Below, piece by piece: positions 48,801 to 64,000 of a DNA stretch of 64,000 nt. This DNA comes from Anolis carolinensis. Taxonomy: Eukaryota. The stretch lies in contig NW_026943824.1 of assembly GCF_035594765.1 (NCBI RefSeq), forward strand, positions 7,954,317 to 8,018,316, in the 5' to 3' direction. Below the pieces are notes generated by a model. The model ran no database searches and had not been told where the DNA came from. It saw nothing but the letters and a program-made list of their open reading frames with translations. Each line of letters begins with the position of its first letter. The stretch's first letter is position 1. The position numbers and the translations under genes were made by a program.

Positions 48801-49348
48801 TAAGCTGTCCAGACCTCTGAAGCTGGAGCCAAAAATGGGGTGCAGCAAAGGGCATTGTAGTTTCCAAACCCTCTTCCCAGATAAAGAGCAATGGGAAAGA
48901 GCAGAGCACTCTTCGCTGGCCCTGGGGGCTGGTGCTGGATGTGCAGGAAGCTGATGCATGAATAGCAAGGATGCTTGTATTTGGAGATCCATCTGACGGT
49001 AGAGAGAAAGGGCTCAGAAAGCCCCTTGCTCACTCCCGTAAGGAAACCCAGCAGACTCCCCACTGGGCCTGCATCCTCCTGCCAGTACGTGCCTGGTTGC
49101 CAGAACCACAGTAATCACCCAAAACTGAGCTCTCCCAGCTTCCCTGAGTGGAGCCAATTAACACTGGGAGGAATGACCTTTCCATCTTCCCCTCCTCTGC
49201 CTCCTGAGCCTCTTCTCCCTTTGATACTCAGCCTGAGCCCAGTAGGGAACTCCTGAGTTGAAGTCTCTATCGAAAGGCAGGGCTCTCTCTGAGATGATTC
49301 TGCCGAGCTTAACAAATAAGAGTAAAGTCCTAGTAAAATTCGTGATAG

Positions 49349-50165
<817 letters not shown>

Positions 50166-50511
50166 ATGAGATCCTCTTTGTTAGCCACTGGGCTCTGGGG
50201 AAAGAGCAGGAACAATATTTCTTCTAACTGTTCTCCAGTTATGAAATGTCCTATTTGGTGCCTTTCTTGTAACCTTTCGCCTTTTAACAGGAAATTTGTG
50301 GAATATGAAAAGAAATGCCTCTAATTTCAGGATAAGTGAACCAGAACTGCTAATATTTTACATTTGGTCCAGGCTGTAAATAACTCCTAGCCAAATGGTG
50401 CCCATAGGGGTCCAGAAATATAAGTCTCCAGTGATATGATGCTAAGGCTGGGTGGGCAGGCTATGATCATGTTCCAGATGCCAGGAGTCTCTTGGCCTCT
50501 TCTAAGACTGA

Positions 50512-51360
<849 letters not shown>

Positions 51361-54300
51361 CAGGCTGCCCAGTGTCAACCACTCCCCCACTCTTGTTGGT
51401 GAATGAGCTTATGTCTTATCTGTCCAAGAAGCCAAGGTCTGCTAACCCTTCAAGTGCCACACGACACGTGGCAAGAGCTAATGTACCATGAGGACTTGGA
51501 GTCCCTGATGTCATCGGCAGGGAAGCTAGGTGGGCCCAGAGGAGAGAATAAAACACTGTGAATACCTGACTGTTCTTATCTAATCTTTGTCATTTTGAGG
51601 AGGAGGAGGAGGTCATGAACCAAGCAGTAGGCCAAAGGGAGGGATGTTTCTTAGAGCTGGCTGCCAGTGAGAGTGGCCCTAAGCTCCCACGCAGAAGGAA
51701 AGGAGTGTGGAGAAAGGGCTACAGAGACCAACTCTTCCCATCCGGAGAGGCATGAGCAAACACTGCCTCCATCAGAAAACATATACAGTGTTCTTGCAGA
51801 ATCTTTGACAAGGGATTGAGGACCACAGAATTCATCACATTTCTCTCCACCCTTTTCTTTCTGGGCCTCACGGCTTCCTGGCACCTGCTCTTCATGGGCA
51901 GCGAGTCCCCACCTGAGTTTTCCTATCTGAGTTCTGCCTTTTCCATAAGCTAAATTCAAGGCATTTCCTCCCTATCTGGCTAAAAAAGAGAGAGAAATCC
52001 TCCAGCATGGATGGGCTCCTAGGTGGCTATCCCAGAGAGTGGCTTCCGAAGCTTGGCCTTTTGGGAGTTCTGTATGAATTGAAGGCTGTTTTGTGTGGGA
52101 TGTGCTGGTGTAACTGTTTCCATTGCTAGTGCTTGATGTGTTTGGTGGAGTTCTGTCCTGTGCTTGCTGGCGCCTGAGCCCCAGCATTGTCTCCTGCCTC
52201 TTGCCATCCCTTGCTGATATTGTTGCTGCCCCTGCTTTTCTTCCAGCTGCTCACTGTGGCTTAAAAGATGAGTTGTCTCTGCCCACAACATGTCTGTTTT
52301 TGCTTTACAACTGAAGTGTCTCCCTATATCCCAGAACCTGGCTTAGTGTTCTGCTGCAATGGCTATTTCTTGCGTTTGGACAGAGGTTGCTCCTTTTGAG
52401 GGACAAAGGAGACAGACCTTCTTTGCTACAGTATTAGCCATAAAGTGGAGACGAGAGGGGCCTAAGAGGCAGCAAGTGGCAAATAGTAAGCCTAATGCCA
52501 CAAGGCCTTGCCCCACAAGGGAGTACTCGCTGCCTGAGAAGGTAACCTCCAAGGAGTATGGCATTTAGCTACTCTGGAGGAAGTCTTGATAGAGGATGCT
52601 TATGCTCCTTGCTTACCCAAATTCAAGAATTCCCAAGTAAAGTGTAGATAAACAAATGAGAAAGACAGACATGATGATGGAAAAGGCAAAGAGACAGTGG
52701 GTGTCTTCACTGGTGGTTGGTTTGCTCCCACCACCACCCACAAAGATAAAGTTTTGAAGACAGGATCAGGCGAATCCGTGAAAAGCAGCTCAGCACCACA
52801 TCACAGCTAGGGGAAAGAGGTTGCTATGGAAGCTACCAAACTAAACCTCCAGATAAAGTTGGATTTAAAAGAGTCCTGTCTTGAGATCTATTCCAGGATA
52901 TGGAGGAAAAGTGTGAGCTGCTCTACAATGGGAGACGAAGTGCCAGGAGTGAGAAGAGTGCTGGAGCTGGGCTCTGTTAGGTGGACAGATTTCAGGATGG
53001 AAATAAATGGTGGGGAGGGGGATTTGGGCCTGGAGCACTGAGGAATGGGGACAGCTAAGCCGGCAAAGAAGCATCATGGGAACTGGCACCCAGAAGACTA
53101 CAGCTGTGAGCCAGTGCAGAGAGAAGTATTTGACCGATCCAGAGTTGCTGCCTACTCCCCTCCTCTTCCATTCTTCTCTTGTACATTATCTTCCTGCTAT
53201 TGATCTCCTCTTACCAGCTGCTTCCCACCCTGCAGTGTTTTCTCCAAATTAGACTTTCTGTTTTTGTCAATAGTTCTGCATCTTTATCCCCACAACTGAT
53301 GGGGCAAAAAGAAGTGCTCTTACTCCTGGCTCCTCAGTCAGCGCCCTCCATTTCTTCTGTTCTCTCTTTAGTATCCTTGTCCTTTTTCATCCCTCCTGTC
53401 TCCTCATGTTCTTGCATCTTCCTTGCCACCTTCCCTCTTGTGAATAAATGTCTTAGAAATCATATGCAGTCAGACCAGGTCACGTTCTGCAATGCGCTCT
53501 CTTAGCAGTAACCTCAGCTTGAAGTGCCAGCCTAAAGTGACAAGCTGGTGGCAAGGGCCATGTTGCATAAAAATCTGCAGGAGGTTTTTCATCGCCTGCT
53601 ATGAAGACGGGTGCTGAGAAATAGTAAGAATCAGCAGCCCAAGTCTATGCAGATCTTCTTATGTAAATGGTAGAACTCATCTCAGCTGCTGAGAAGATGT
53701 GTCTGTCTTGTGATCAAAGCTATAACAAGCACCAGATAGAAATATCTTGGCCTGAAGTGCCTGAAGACTCCCTTATCACTCTAGGGCCCTCAGGTCTTGA
53801 TCTTGTCCAATTTGTTGTGTGCCTTCAAGCCCTTTCCAACGTACGTAAACCCCAGGACAAACCAATGATGGGGTATTCTTGGCAGGATTTTGCTTCCCCT
53901 AAGGCTGAGAGGATGTGACTTTCCCAAGGGCTTCTATGGCCAAGCAGGGGCTCACACTCTAGTCTCCCAGAGTCCTAGGCTCAAACAAAGCACCTCCCCA
54001 TGCTGGCTCTCCTTTCCCTCTTTAGCCTTAAGTATTGTCTGCCCTTTCATCCTCCTCATAGCGATCCTGAGCCTCTCAGAAAAGGCAGCGATTCCAGCAC
54101 CAAAAGGTATTGCCTGGCATAGTCCATTCAGGAGACATCTTTGTCCTCAAGTATCTGGCTGTGGTTGTTTTTCCGAATAAGCAAAATGAAAGGAATTACC
54201 AGGACAGCTGGCTCCTACTGTCTTCATCCTGGCTCTCCTCCATCTTGGGAATATGCTTGCAGAGGACCCGCTGATCTTCTCAGGAGGAGCTTGTGTAGCT

Positions 54301-56671
54301 CTCTGTTTGGTTAGATTAACTAAAAACCCTTCTTCCACTGTTGTGTGCTTCTTTTGAACAGGATTTTGGACAGATACATTTAAAGGATATTACATAGCTG
54401 TAATATGTTTCCAGTATAGCGGTTCACAGTAATCATCTGTATGTGGAGAGACCATGTACATCAGCCATTCTAATAAATTCTGATCTTTTCCAATCATATA
54501 CTTTGGTGCCTTGCCTCTGTCAATGAGTAGATCTCTTAAAACTGGAAAGGGGAAATGTGGGGTACATAAAGTGGGGAAGGATGGTTTTGGGTAGGCCTCC
54601 ACAATGTGGGCAATCTCAAAGCATTCAGGATCAAGTGAACACAACAGGGCTGGGATTGGGGAAGTACTGGAGACACCCAGCAACATCTTCTAAAAGTTCT
54701 ATATTGATGGCGAACAGTGTACCAATGTAATAACTTTGATGAGGGTGGATATTGCAGTACCCCACATCGATCTCTCTGTGTGCTACAATTCATGAGCTGA
54801 AGTTCTAATGATGCTGAAATTAATGAAGGGGTTCCCCCTCCGTCCGCAGTGAGGAAGCAGAGAGGAAGCCATTCAGACTGGGTGTGCAAGCAGTGGCCAG
54901 GAAGTGGCGAGACCACATCAGGGAGATACTGAGATTCCCCACTTCCTTTCTGCTCCGAGTTATTAGTTTGGCTTCAGCACTGATTCTCTCTTGCTGCCAA
55001 CACTTGAGAAGTCCAAGATAGCTGCAAATGATTTCAGTAAGTGGCATGAGGGTTGTTTTCCCCCTTTATTCTGGGAGGAAACCCCAATTTTTCCATCACC
55101 AACATATGGCAGTGTTGTTGAAAACCAGAACTCCAAAACGGTCCGCAAAACCCGTGGTTCCAAGGACACCCAGAAATTAAGTCCAAGACACCCTTTCCCC
55201 CAGTTTCAGGCAACTTCCAAATTAACTTGCCAAAGTTTGCACAAGTAGAGAATCGCCCACCACTTACTCCAGGTAAAGACATAATCCCCTCACAATACCT
55301 TCATTGTCACATAATAGGCTTAAGCAGAGGCACGGGGCTTTCCTAAGATTTTATCTAACTTTATCCATGGAACGCTTCCCAATTTCCATCGCCAGATCAG
55401 ACCCCTTTCCTGGGGTTTCTATTGGGGCTGTTCCAACACCACTCACACCCATTGTGAGGCTAGCCAAAACCCATTTTCCGGACAGGCACCATCCCAGCCC
55501 ACATTTCTTTCCTTCCACGCCCCTTCTGTGAGCAGACCAAGAAACAGCCACTAGACTTCAAACCAAGCAATGACAGTTTATGAAATGTCCCGCCGCAACC
55601 TGCAAGCCAATCAACAGCAACGATGGATGGCATGTCTGCACCAATCAATGAGCAGACCCTGGCTGGCTCCAGTCTGGCCCAATCAGTGGCCAGAGCAGCA
55701 AAATCCCCTTTCCCCCCCAAATAGCTGTCGAAGTGCTATAAATAACTATGTATGTGTGCAATTTCACTTGTTTCAGTCTGTGGAGTGCAGACTCTGCTGA
55801 TGTCCGCTTTGACCAAGGTGAATAAACACATCTGTTCTTTACCTTCAATCCATCTGTGTAATTATTCAGTCATTTGGAGCTAGGTACACTAGGCCTTTGA
55901 ACCTGCAGTTCTTCTGGAGTTGAAATCACTTAACAGGAGAAAGACCTAATGGGTCAACGTGTCTGAAAGATGGGCTCCTGGCATTGTGATCGTATGAGTT
56001 GTGAAGCGTGTGGATTCCCCATTCGTATTGGCTGTCGAGAGTGACAGCTGGGATCTTGGGAAAAGAAGGAAGAAGTGGAACGCTGTGTGCCAACCACCAA
56101 GGACTTTGTGTGGGAGCCAGGGATGGGAAGCCGGAGCCGGAAGAGACGACAGAACGCAACACGGGGCCAAAACACACCAAGGCAACAGTGTTAAGTGCAG
56201 GCAGGCAGGAGATGATGGAGACAGAGAGAAGCGGCAGACACTTAATTGCCCCTTGACTTCATGAGGCAACCTATGTGGCTTCTTCCCCATGGAATGAGGT
56301 TCTCTTGATGGCAGCAACTAATGAACGGTAACGGGGCCCAGGGACTGCTATTAACAGCCACCAAATATTTTATACCATATGGTACCGGGATTTGAAAGCA
56401 AAAGGTGGCATCAGCCGGCAATTGCTGAATGGAACCCAAGGAGAATACAAATATTTGGTATTGCTGGTTAGTCACCAGCTTATAAGTGAGCCTTTGACAA
56501 CAAGCATTGGTGCAGTTATGGCACAAATGGGGAATGCAAGAACATGGATATGGTTATCTTAGACCCAACGGCACCTCTCCTTTGACATTATGTCTGCTAG
56601 CCACATTCCCTTCCAAAGTGAATCCCACTGAAAGTCCTATTTGCCACTAATGAACAACCAACTCTCTGAGG

Positions 56672-57040
56672 CAGGGGTCCCCAAACTTTTAAAGCTGGTT
56701 CATGATCCTTGAGATTGTTGTGGGGGAGGACCATAGTTTGAGAGAAACATGAACCAATTCCTATGCACACTGACCATGTCTTATTCATAGTGAAAACAAA
56801 CATGAAAGAACAACACAATATTTCAAATGAAGAAAATTTTTAACATAAACTCACCAGTCTTTCATTGGGAAGTGTACAACTCTGATGAGAGAATCAAGTT
56901 AATTAGGATGAGTTGTCGTTGTGTGCCTTCAAGTCATTCTAGATTCAGGGCAACCCTCAGTCTAAAGGTTAGGGCGGGGGTCAGGTTAAGGGCCTTGGCA
57001 AGCTGCATCCAGTCAAAGGGCCCTATTTTTGGGACCCCTG
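56672..57040. mobile_element. hAT MITE
   Basis: CAGGGGTCCCCAAACT...TTTGGGACCCCTG. Confidence 0.75.
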
Positions 57041-57219
57041 CCATAGGAAGTCCTCTTTGTCACTGATGAACAACCAATGATCTGAAACATTGGGGGCTTC
57101 AGGGATGAGGGACGTCCCGGCCTTGAGAGAACAAAAAGAGGTCCAAAAAGCTGAAATATAGCCAGTCCCCAAGTATTTGTTTATAAGTTGGAAGAGTGTA
57201 ACGTGTAACTCCAACCATA

Positions 57220-57535
57220 GGGAGCCCCTAGCGGTACAGCGGGTTAAACCGCTGAGCTGCTGAACTTGCTGACCGAAAGATCGGCGGTTCCAATCCGGGG
57301 AGCAGGGTGAGCTCCTGCTGTTAGCCCCAGCTTCTGCCAACCTAGCAGTTCGAAAACATGCAAATGTGAGTAGATCAATAGGTACCACTCCGGTGGGAAG
57401 GTAACAGTGCTCCATACAGTCATGCTAATGGCCACATGACCTTGGAGGTGTCTACGGGCAGCTTAGAAATGGAGATGAGCACCAACCCCCCCAGAGTTGG
57501 ACACGATTAGACTTAATGTCAGGGGAAAACCTTTA
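57220..57535 (+). mobile_element. Sauria SINE
   Basis: Head GGGAGCCCC..., conserved core, GGGGAAAACCTTT tail. Confidence 0.85.
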
Positions 57536-58499
57536 TTTATCTTTACTTTAGGGAAGGGTGAACACCCCTCTAATGTTTGTTTTGCTGTCTGTGCTTGTCT
57601 TCAGGCTTTACCCCACTTTCTGGCCCTGTGAGAATTGGATTCTGGAAAATTTGGCTTGTGGAAACAAGGACTGGTGATAAAAGCTTCAGTAGAGACACAG
57701 TTTCCCCATGACAATAACTCTTCCAGGAATGAATTTCCCCTCTGAGTGGTAGATCTCTCTTATTTCCTGTCCCACTATGAGTCGTTTTTAAATAGGCTTC
57801 TGGAACATATAGTCCGAAAGACAGCAACCCAGTGATTCCGGCCATGAAAGCCCTTGATAAGTAGGATGTGGCCTGTATACTCTTGGGGGGGGGGGGGTAC
57901 CTTCTCCATCAAAATGGTTGCCAGGTTCCTATCGTCCTGACAGGCTTTTGCCAGCCCCCTTCTCACATCCATGGGCCCATTTCTGAAGAAAGGAGTGTGT
58001 CTGTTCCTGAGGGTAATTTTCAGCTGAATGGGCCAAGTGTTTTATTTCAGAAGGCAGTCGAGTAAAAGTCTAGGTCCAGCTTTGCTTTGAAGCCAAAGAC
58101 GCCAAGAATGGAGACAGAGAAATGAGGCTTCAGGCCTCTCAGAAAGACTCCTCTGGGCTTTTGCTATCTTTTGCTTTTTAAAGAGGCCGTTTGCTTGTGT
58201 AAATCTCATCACTGCCTTCAAGGAAGGTCGGTATCGGAGCAGCATTTATGAGGCACACCATTCAGGGCTTTCAAGTCCTTCAAGGGCCTGGGCACAAAGA
58301 GGCTTTCTTCGCCTTCAAAGACAACTCTGTGGAAATGTAAAGTCTTGAGATTAAGATTAAGAAAACGGTTTGCTCTGCGATTTGTAACGCTGGTCTGAAA
58401 GGGTTTTCTTGTCCGAAGACGGCACTGAAGGGCTAGAGATGAACAGAGAAGCAGATAAACGAGGCGCTTTGTGAGGGAAGGGGGGAAAGGGCGGGAAAA

Positions 58500-59086
58500 G
58501 CCCGAGGAGGGGTGGGAAGGTAGCGAGCATGCGCACTAGCTCAGGCATGGGCGAACTCGGGCCCTCCCTTCAGGTATTTTGGACTTCAACTCCCACAATT
58601 CCCCACAGCCTCAGGCCCCGTCCTTTTCCCCCTCAGCCGCTTCGAGAAAAAGAAGGGGCCTGAGGCTGTGAGGCATTGTGGGACTTGAAGTCCAAAACAC
58701 CTGAAGGGAGGGCCCAAGTTCGCCGATGCCTACAGGCACCCCTGCTCGCTGGAGCTATATGCGCATGCGCGCGTGTCGCCCCGTTCTCCTGAGGGAAGGA
58801 GGCCCCCTCTTGGTGCCTCGCCTTCCTTCTTTCCTCCGAGGGGCCCACTGCGCCTGCGCGAAACAGCCCCCGCGCGCCTCAGTGACAGCAGCAACACTCG
58901 ACGGCGGCGCGGGCCTGCCTTCTTCCCTTCCACGGATGGCGAGGGCGAGGCTGCCGGCGGGCCGTCGGGGCGGAGGAGGAGGAAGAGCAGGAGGAGGAGG
59001 CGGCAGAGGCGCGTCCCTGGCGGGGAGCCATGCGTCGGGGCCCCGCTAGGCCTCCGCGGAGCCCAGGCCTTCTCTGAGGGGCAGCC
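58500..59086 (+). promoter_or_regulatory. ADCY9 CpG-island promoter and 5'UTR
   Basis: NRF1-type GCGCATGCGC near 58761, related motifs near 58527 and 58849; CpG-dense. Confidence 0.6.
58542..58732. mobile_element. Palindromic hAT-type MITE in the ADCY9 promoter
   Basis: CAGGCATGGGCGAACT...AGTTCGCCGATGCCT; same family as 7398-7590. Confidence 0.8.
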
Positions 59087-60773
59087 ATGGCGTCGTCGTC
59101 GTCGTCGTCGTCCCCGCCGCGGGCCACGGAGGTCAGCTGCGACGCGCGCGGGCAGAGCAGCTCCGTGGCGGTGCGCATCCCCAAAGGAGGAGGCGGAGGC
59201 AAGGCCCGGAGGAAGGGCAAAGGAGGAGGCGTTGGCGGAGGAGGGGGCTTCGGCCTAGGCTTGGGCCTGGGCCTGGGCTCCCACAGGAGAGCGCGCCATC
59301 TGCCTCAGCTCTTCGAGCGGGCCTCGCGCCGCTGGTGGAGCCCGCAGTTCGACTCTGGCAACTTGGAGGAGGCCTGCCTGGAGCGGTGCTTCCCCCAGAC
59401 GAGGCGGCGCTTCCGAGGAGGGCTGGCTTACCTGGGCCTGGCGGGGTTGCTGTGGGGGGCGCGTGGGCTGGGCCTGGCTGTGGCCCTCCTCCCGGGGCCC
59501 GGCGCCTCCCTGCTGACCCTTCTGCCAGGCCTGCTCCTCCTGCTCCTGGCTCTAGCCTGCCTGGCGGGCCTCGCTTTCACCTTCTCGGGAGCCTACGCCC
59601 GGCGCCCAGGGGCGACCGCCTTGGTGCTGACACTGCTGGCCTTCACCTTGACGCTGGCCCCTCTGCTGCATGTCCTGGAGGGCCCCCCAAGGGCCAACAC
59701 CAGCCAGGCCGCCTGGTCCTCGCCCTCGCCTTCCATCTCCCCAGTGGGGTCCTTCTCGCTATGCGTGGCGGTGCTGCTGCTGCTCTATGGTGTCATGCAC
59801 CTGCCCCTCTACCTGAGCCTCCTCCTGGGCCTGGCGTATTCGCTGCTCTTTGAGACGCTGTCCTTCTGCTCCCGCCCGGCCCCCTGGGGGGAGGTGTTGG
59901 GCAAGGCCCTGCTGCACCTCTGCCTCCACGCCACTGGGGTCCACCTCTTTGTCATGTCTGAAGTGCGCTCCCGCAGCACCTTCCTCAAGGTGGGCCAGGC
60001 CATCATGCACGGCAAAGACCTGGAGGTGGAGAAGGCCCTCAAGGAGCGCATGATTCACTCCGTCATGCCCCGCGTCATTGCCGACGACCTCATGAAGCCT
60101 GGTGAAGAGGACGCTGGCGGGGGAGAGGCCTCGGCCAAGCAGCGGCCCTCTTCCGCCGCCGCCGCCGCTGCCAGCCCCAAAGGCCGCAAGAAGAAACCCT
60201 CCCTGCCCAAGAGCCCCATCGTCTTCCGTCCCTTCAAGATGCAGCAGATCGAGCCTGTCAGCATCCTCTTTGCCGACATCGTGGGCTTCACCAAGATGAG
60301 CGCCAACAAGTCCGCTCACGCCTTAGTGGGCCTCCTCAACGACCTCTTTGGTCGCTTCGACCGTCTCTGTGAGGAGGCCAAATGTGAGAAGATCAGCACC
60401 CTGGGCGACTGCTACTACTGTGTGGCCGGCTGTCCCGAGCCCCGTCCTGACCACGCCGCCTGCTGCGTCACCATGGGCCTGGGCATGATCCGGGCCATCG
60501 AGCAGTTCTGCCAGGAGAAGAAAGAGACCGTCAACATGCGGGTGGGCGTCCACACTGGCACCGTCCTCTGTGGCATCCTGGGCATGCGTCGCTTCAAGTT
60601 CGACGTCTGGTCCAACGATGTCAACCTGGCCAACCTTATGGAGCAGCTGGGGGTGGCCGGGAAGGTCCACGTCTCGGAGGCCACCGCCAGGTACCTGGAC
60701 GACCGCTACGAGATGGAAGACGGGCGGGTGGTGGAGCGCGTGGGACAGAGCGTGGTTGCCGACCAGCTCAAAG
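59087..60773 (+). CDS. ADCY9: Adenylate cyclase 9 first coding exon (N-terminus, first TM cassette, C1a); gene continues beyond window
   Basis: TEVSCD..., LPQLFERAS, VSILFADIVGFTKMSANKSAHALVGLLNDLFGRFD...ADQLK, G|gtagag. Confidence 0.97.
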
Positions 60774-60820
60774 GTAGAGCATCTGAGATACATATGCACA
60801 TACATATATACATACACATG

Positions 60821-61477
60821 CAGGCCATCTGTGAGTTACAAACATCCCACTTACAAATGACTCCTAGTGAAGAACGGGGCTGAGACCACAGAAGATGAGA
60901 GGAATTCCTCAGAAGGAAGGGAAATCCCTCGTGGAAGAGTTATCATCATGGGGAAAAGGGAAGCTATCCACAGAAGCTATCCCCAATCCTTGTTTTCCAA
61001 AATCATAAGCCATATTTTCCAAAAATCAAATTATCAAAGGGACAGAAAGGCAGTGGAATCTTCTGAACAGAGGCACAGCAAAACAAACACCACAGGGGTA
61101 TTTATTTATTTAGTATATTTATATGCCACCTTTCTCACCCCTGGAGGGACTACAACATATTAATGGCAAGAATTCAGTGCCAACATACATGTAATAAAAA
61201 ACCATAATAACTAAACACTGACATATAACTATAAATTAAAATCACTGAAACCATTAAACATAGGCATATGCAACATTTAAGCACTAAAACAAAGCATTAA
61301 AAACATCCTAATATAAGTATTAAAATCGCATGATCCGGAATTATATGTTCACCCCTATGCTACCCAAAGCCTTTGTCTGGAGTTACACTTAAAGTGTACC
61401 CGTTGCAACTTACATACAAATTCAACCTAAGAACAAACCTACAGAATCTTTCTTGTTTGTAACTTGGGAACTACCTG
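60821..61477. mobile_element. Degenerate Tigger-like DNA element interrupted by an L2 tail
   Basis: Ends CAGG...AGTTACAAACA / TGTTTGTAACTTGGGAACTACCTG|TA. Confidence 0.5.
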
Positions 61478-64000
61478 TATATATGCTAGCATATATACCC
61501 AGCATTGCCTGGGTATACATTTTCTTTGTGGCCCTTTCTTTCCTTTCCCTCCCTCCCTTCCTTCTCCTCATACTCATGTCACCTAGCAGCAGGCAGTCCA
61601 CTTTGCTCCCTTTCTTTCCCAATCACATGACAGAGGGCCACTTCAGCTATTTATTTATTTATTTATTTATTTCTCACATTTATATCCCTCCCTTCTCACC
61701 CGAAGGGACTCAGGGTGGCTTACAATAATGGCAGCAATTCGATGCCCATACAAATCAATATAAAACAGTGCATAAAACAGTTAAAACTATTAAAACACAT
61801 TATAAATTACAAAATATAAATTTCAAACAAATCCGTTCATCCTCATGCTTTATCTGTAGTTCAGTCCTTGTCATCTTCACCATTTATTGATTAAAAGCCT
61901 GGGCACACAGCCATGTTTTTAGGGCTTTTCTGAAGCCCAACAAAGTTGGAATTCGTCACATCTCTCTTCGGAGAGAGCAATTGTTTTATTCCTTTCCCTC
62001 AGTTCTGGGTCCAAAAAGGGTGGGTTTTTCCATTCAATTTTAGTTTAGTATTTCCTATATAAACATATCTGAAAATGGAGTGCATCTTAGAATCACAGAT
62101 GTATCTTATGTATTTTTGGGGTTGTTGGTACTGAAATTAGGTTGCATCTTACAATGGAAGAAGTATGAAATTGGATAATGAAGGGTCTATGTGCCAAATT
62201 GTTTCAGATCCATCAAGCCACAGAGAAGCCCTTGTGGTGCAAACCAACCAATATACTTACCCAGGGCTGTAGCGGGGGGGGGGGGGGGGGGGGCAAGTGG
62301 AGCCTAATCATATATCTATATGTCTGTGTATTAAGATCCTCAGACTTGGGAGTCTCTTTTTCACGACTGAAGAACGATGGGAGACATGCTTTTCATGATG
62401 CATGCCTGGCAGTTGCAGCGCCTTCTGGTTTTAGAATTGACATTTTAAAGAGCTTTTTTTTTTCTAAAATAAGGAAAGCAAATGTGGAATTTTAATTAAC
62501 TGGCAAGTATGCTATATAGCTCATGACATCATCTGACTTACTGTACTGTTCAGACTTTCACGAGATGCAGGTGATTCATAAGCTTTAAGGGGAAAAAATG
62601 CCCAGAAGAGCTGTGTTTCCAAGCGCGGGGGAGCAAGTTGTTGGTACTTTTCATGCAGCCTGGCTTTTGGGTCCCCTCACACCTCCACAGCAAAGCTCTT
62701 ATAATAACGTCTGCTGCATAGGAAGCAATAGCAGCTAGAAAGGATGTTGAGTTCAGTCAACTAAATCTGAACAATTTACATCAGTAAGTATTTTACATTG
62801 GCCATAGCAGGGCATTGACTCTGCCTTCTGTGGGCATTTATGTCCTTTTCTGTAGTTATTGTTTTCATTTCAAATAACTCCTAGTGTTGACTTTCTTATC
62901 TAAGTGGTAAATAAACATTCACTTAAGATTTCCGCAACTGGATTTCATTTCCTATACTCCTCCTGTCTTGTTTATTCAGAGACAGACAGACAAGTTTTCC
63001 TGCTTTATTGTGTTTGATTGTATTGTTTGAAAGAGGTATGTTTGAAAGAGCAGTGTATTTGCTTTTGTGAGGTCATAAATATAGTGTTAATGAGCATGTT
63101 GTGATACGGAAGAATAGTTGCACAGAACAATCAGCTTTCGTAGATTCTGGTGTTACCAGGTGTTTTGTGTGGGCTACTGTCCATGAGGGTTTATGCTGAT
63201 CTTTAGCACAAGAGCTTTGGTTGCTTTTGCTGCAGTAGACTAATGGGGTTGCTTTCTTGTGTGTATTTCTGCATATAATATTCTTGATGCCTGAATACCC
63301 ACCTAAACCTCCGTTTTTAGTCTTTGAGATGAAATTATTCAGGCTGAACTTGCAGGACCTTCTTGTCAGTTGCCAAGAGGGAAAGTTAGTGTTTAACAGG
63401 GAAGAAGTAACAGAAATAAAGACTATATATTTACACCTATGAACAGACATTTGGAACTATGCATTTGCTCATGTGACACACTGTGACACATTAAAAAAAA
63501 CACAGCCATCATTTTAAGAGTGATTCTAAATTGGTCTGGCATTCATACGGATCACAGTAAAGGAAGTGTAAGTCACATATCTCAGCAACATGTGCAGATG
63601 GAGGTATTTTGGTTCTTCCCATAGCATTTGTTGATTTTGTTTAGCATTGTGAGGTTTGCAAGGGACTGAAGTACTCAAAGACTGTTAGCATATTGGAATA
63701 CACAAGATCAGACCCTCAAATGTGTGAGTCTTTAGAGTACTACAAGGCATTTGTTTTGGAAATGAACTAATTAGACCCCAGCTAGTTAAGGACCTCAGGT
63801 CCACAGGACCTCAGGCTTAGTGGTTCTGAGAGATCTTGCTTTGTACTTGTATGCAGCCATTAGCTGCAGTCCTCACTTGTCAGTGTCTGACAACCCTGCT
63901 CAATACAAATGCTTTATATTCATGTGAGCTGCCTTGGGATACATTTGGAGAGAAAGACAAGATTCATGTACATTAAATGAATGAATAATGGAAGGCTTCC

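Noticed and set aside
60774-60883. Tail of the 598-aa ORF (RASEIHMHIH...)
   Set aside because: Intronic read-through past the ADCY9 donor at 60773

Overview
Vertebrate (squamate, Anolis-like) GC-rich gene cluster. It matches the human 16p13.3 gene order read in reverse: CORO7 last 5 coding exons (+), PAM16 (+, 127 aa), GLIS2 (-, 536 aa), TFAP4 (+, 351 aa), SRL (+, including the large acidic exon and a 36-nt cassette microexon) and the first coding exon of ADCY9 (+). Exon boundaries were read by eye from splice signals and checked for reading-frame continuity. Introns and intergenic DNA are dense with lizard-type repeats: Sauria SINEs, an AnolisSINE2-like SINE, L2 and CR1 3' ends, R4/Dong-type RLE LINE fragments sitting in (TAA)n, Vingi-like LINE remnants, Penelope-like elements carrying minimal hammerhead ribozymes, hAT and Tc1/mariner MITEs, and a non-autonomous Helitron. 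I see no wholly new gene system. The most notable signals are the hammerhead-bearing fold-back Penelope derivatives, one palindromic MITE family sitting at the edge of the CpG-island promoters, a GC-AG intron in CORO7, an in-frame CORO7-PAM16 read-through route, the SRL microexon and the ADCY9 uORFs. Gene and repeat-family names come from recalled sequence similarity, not from database searches.
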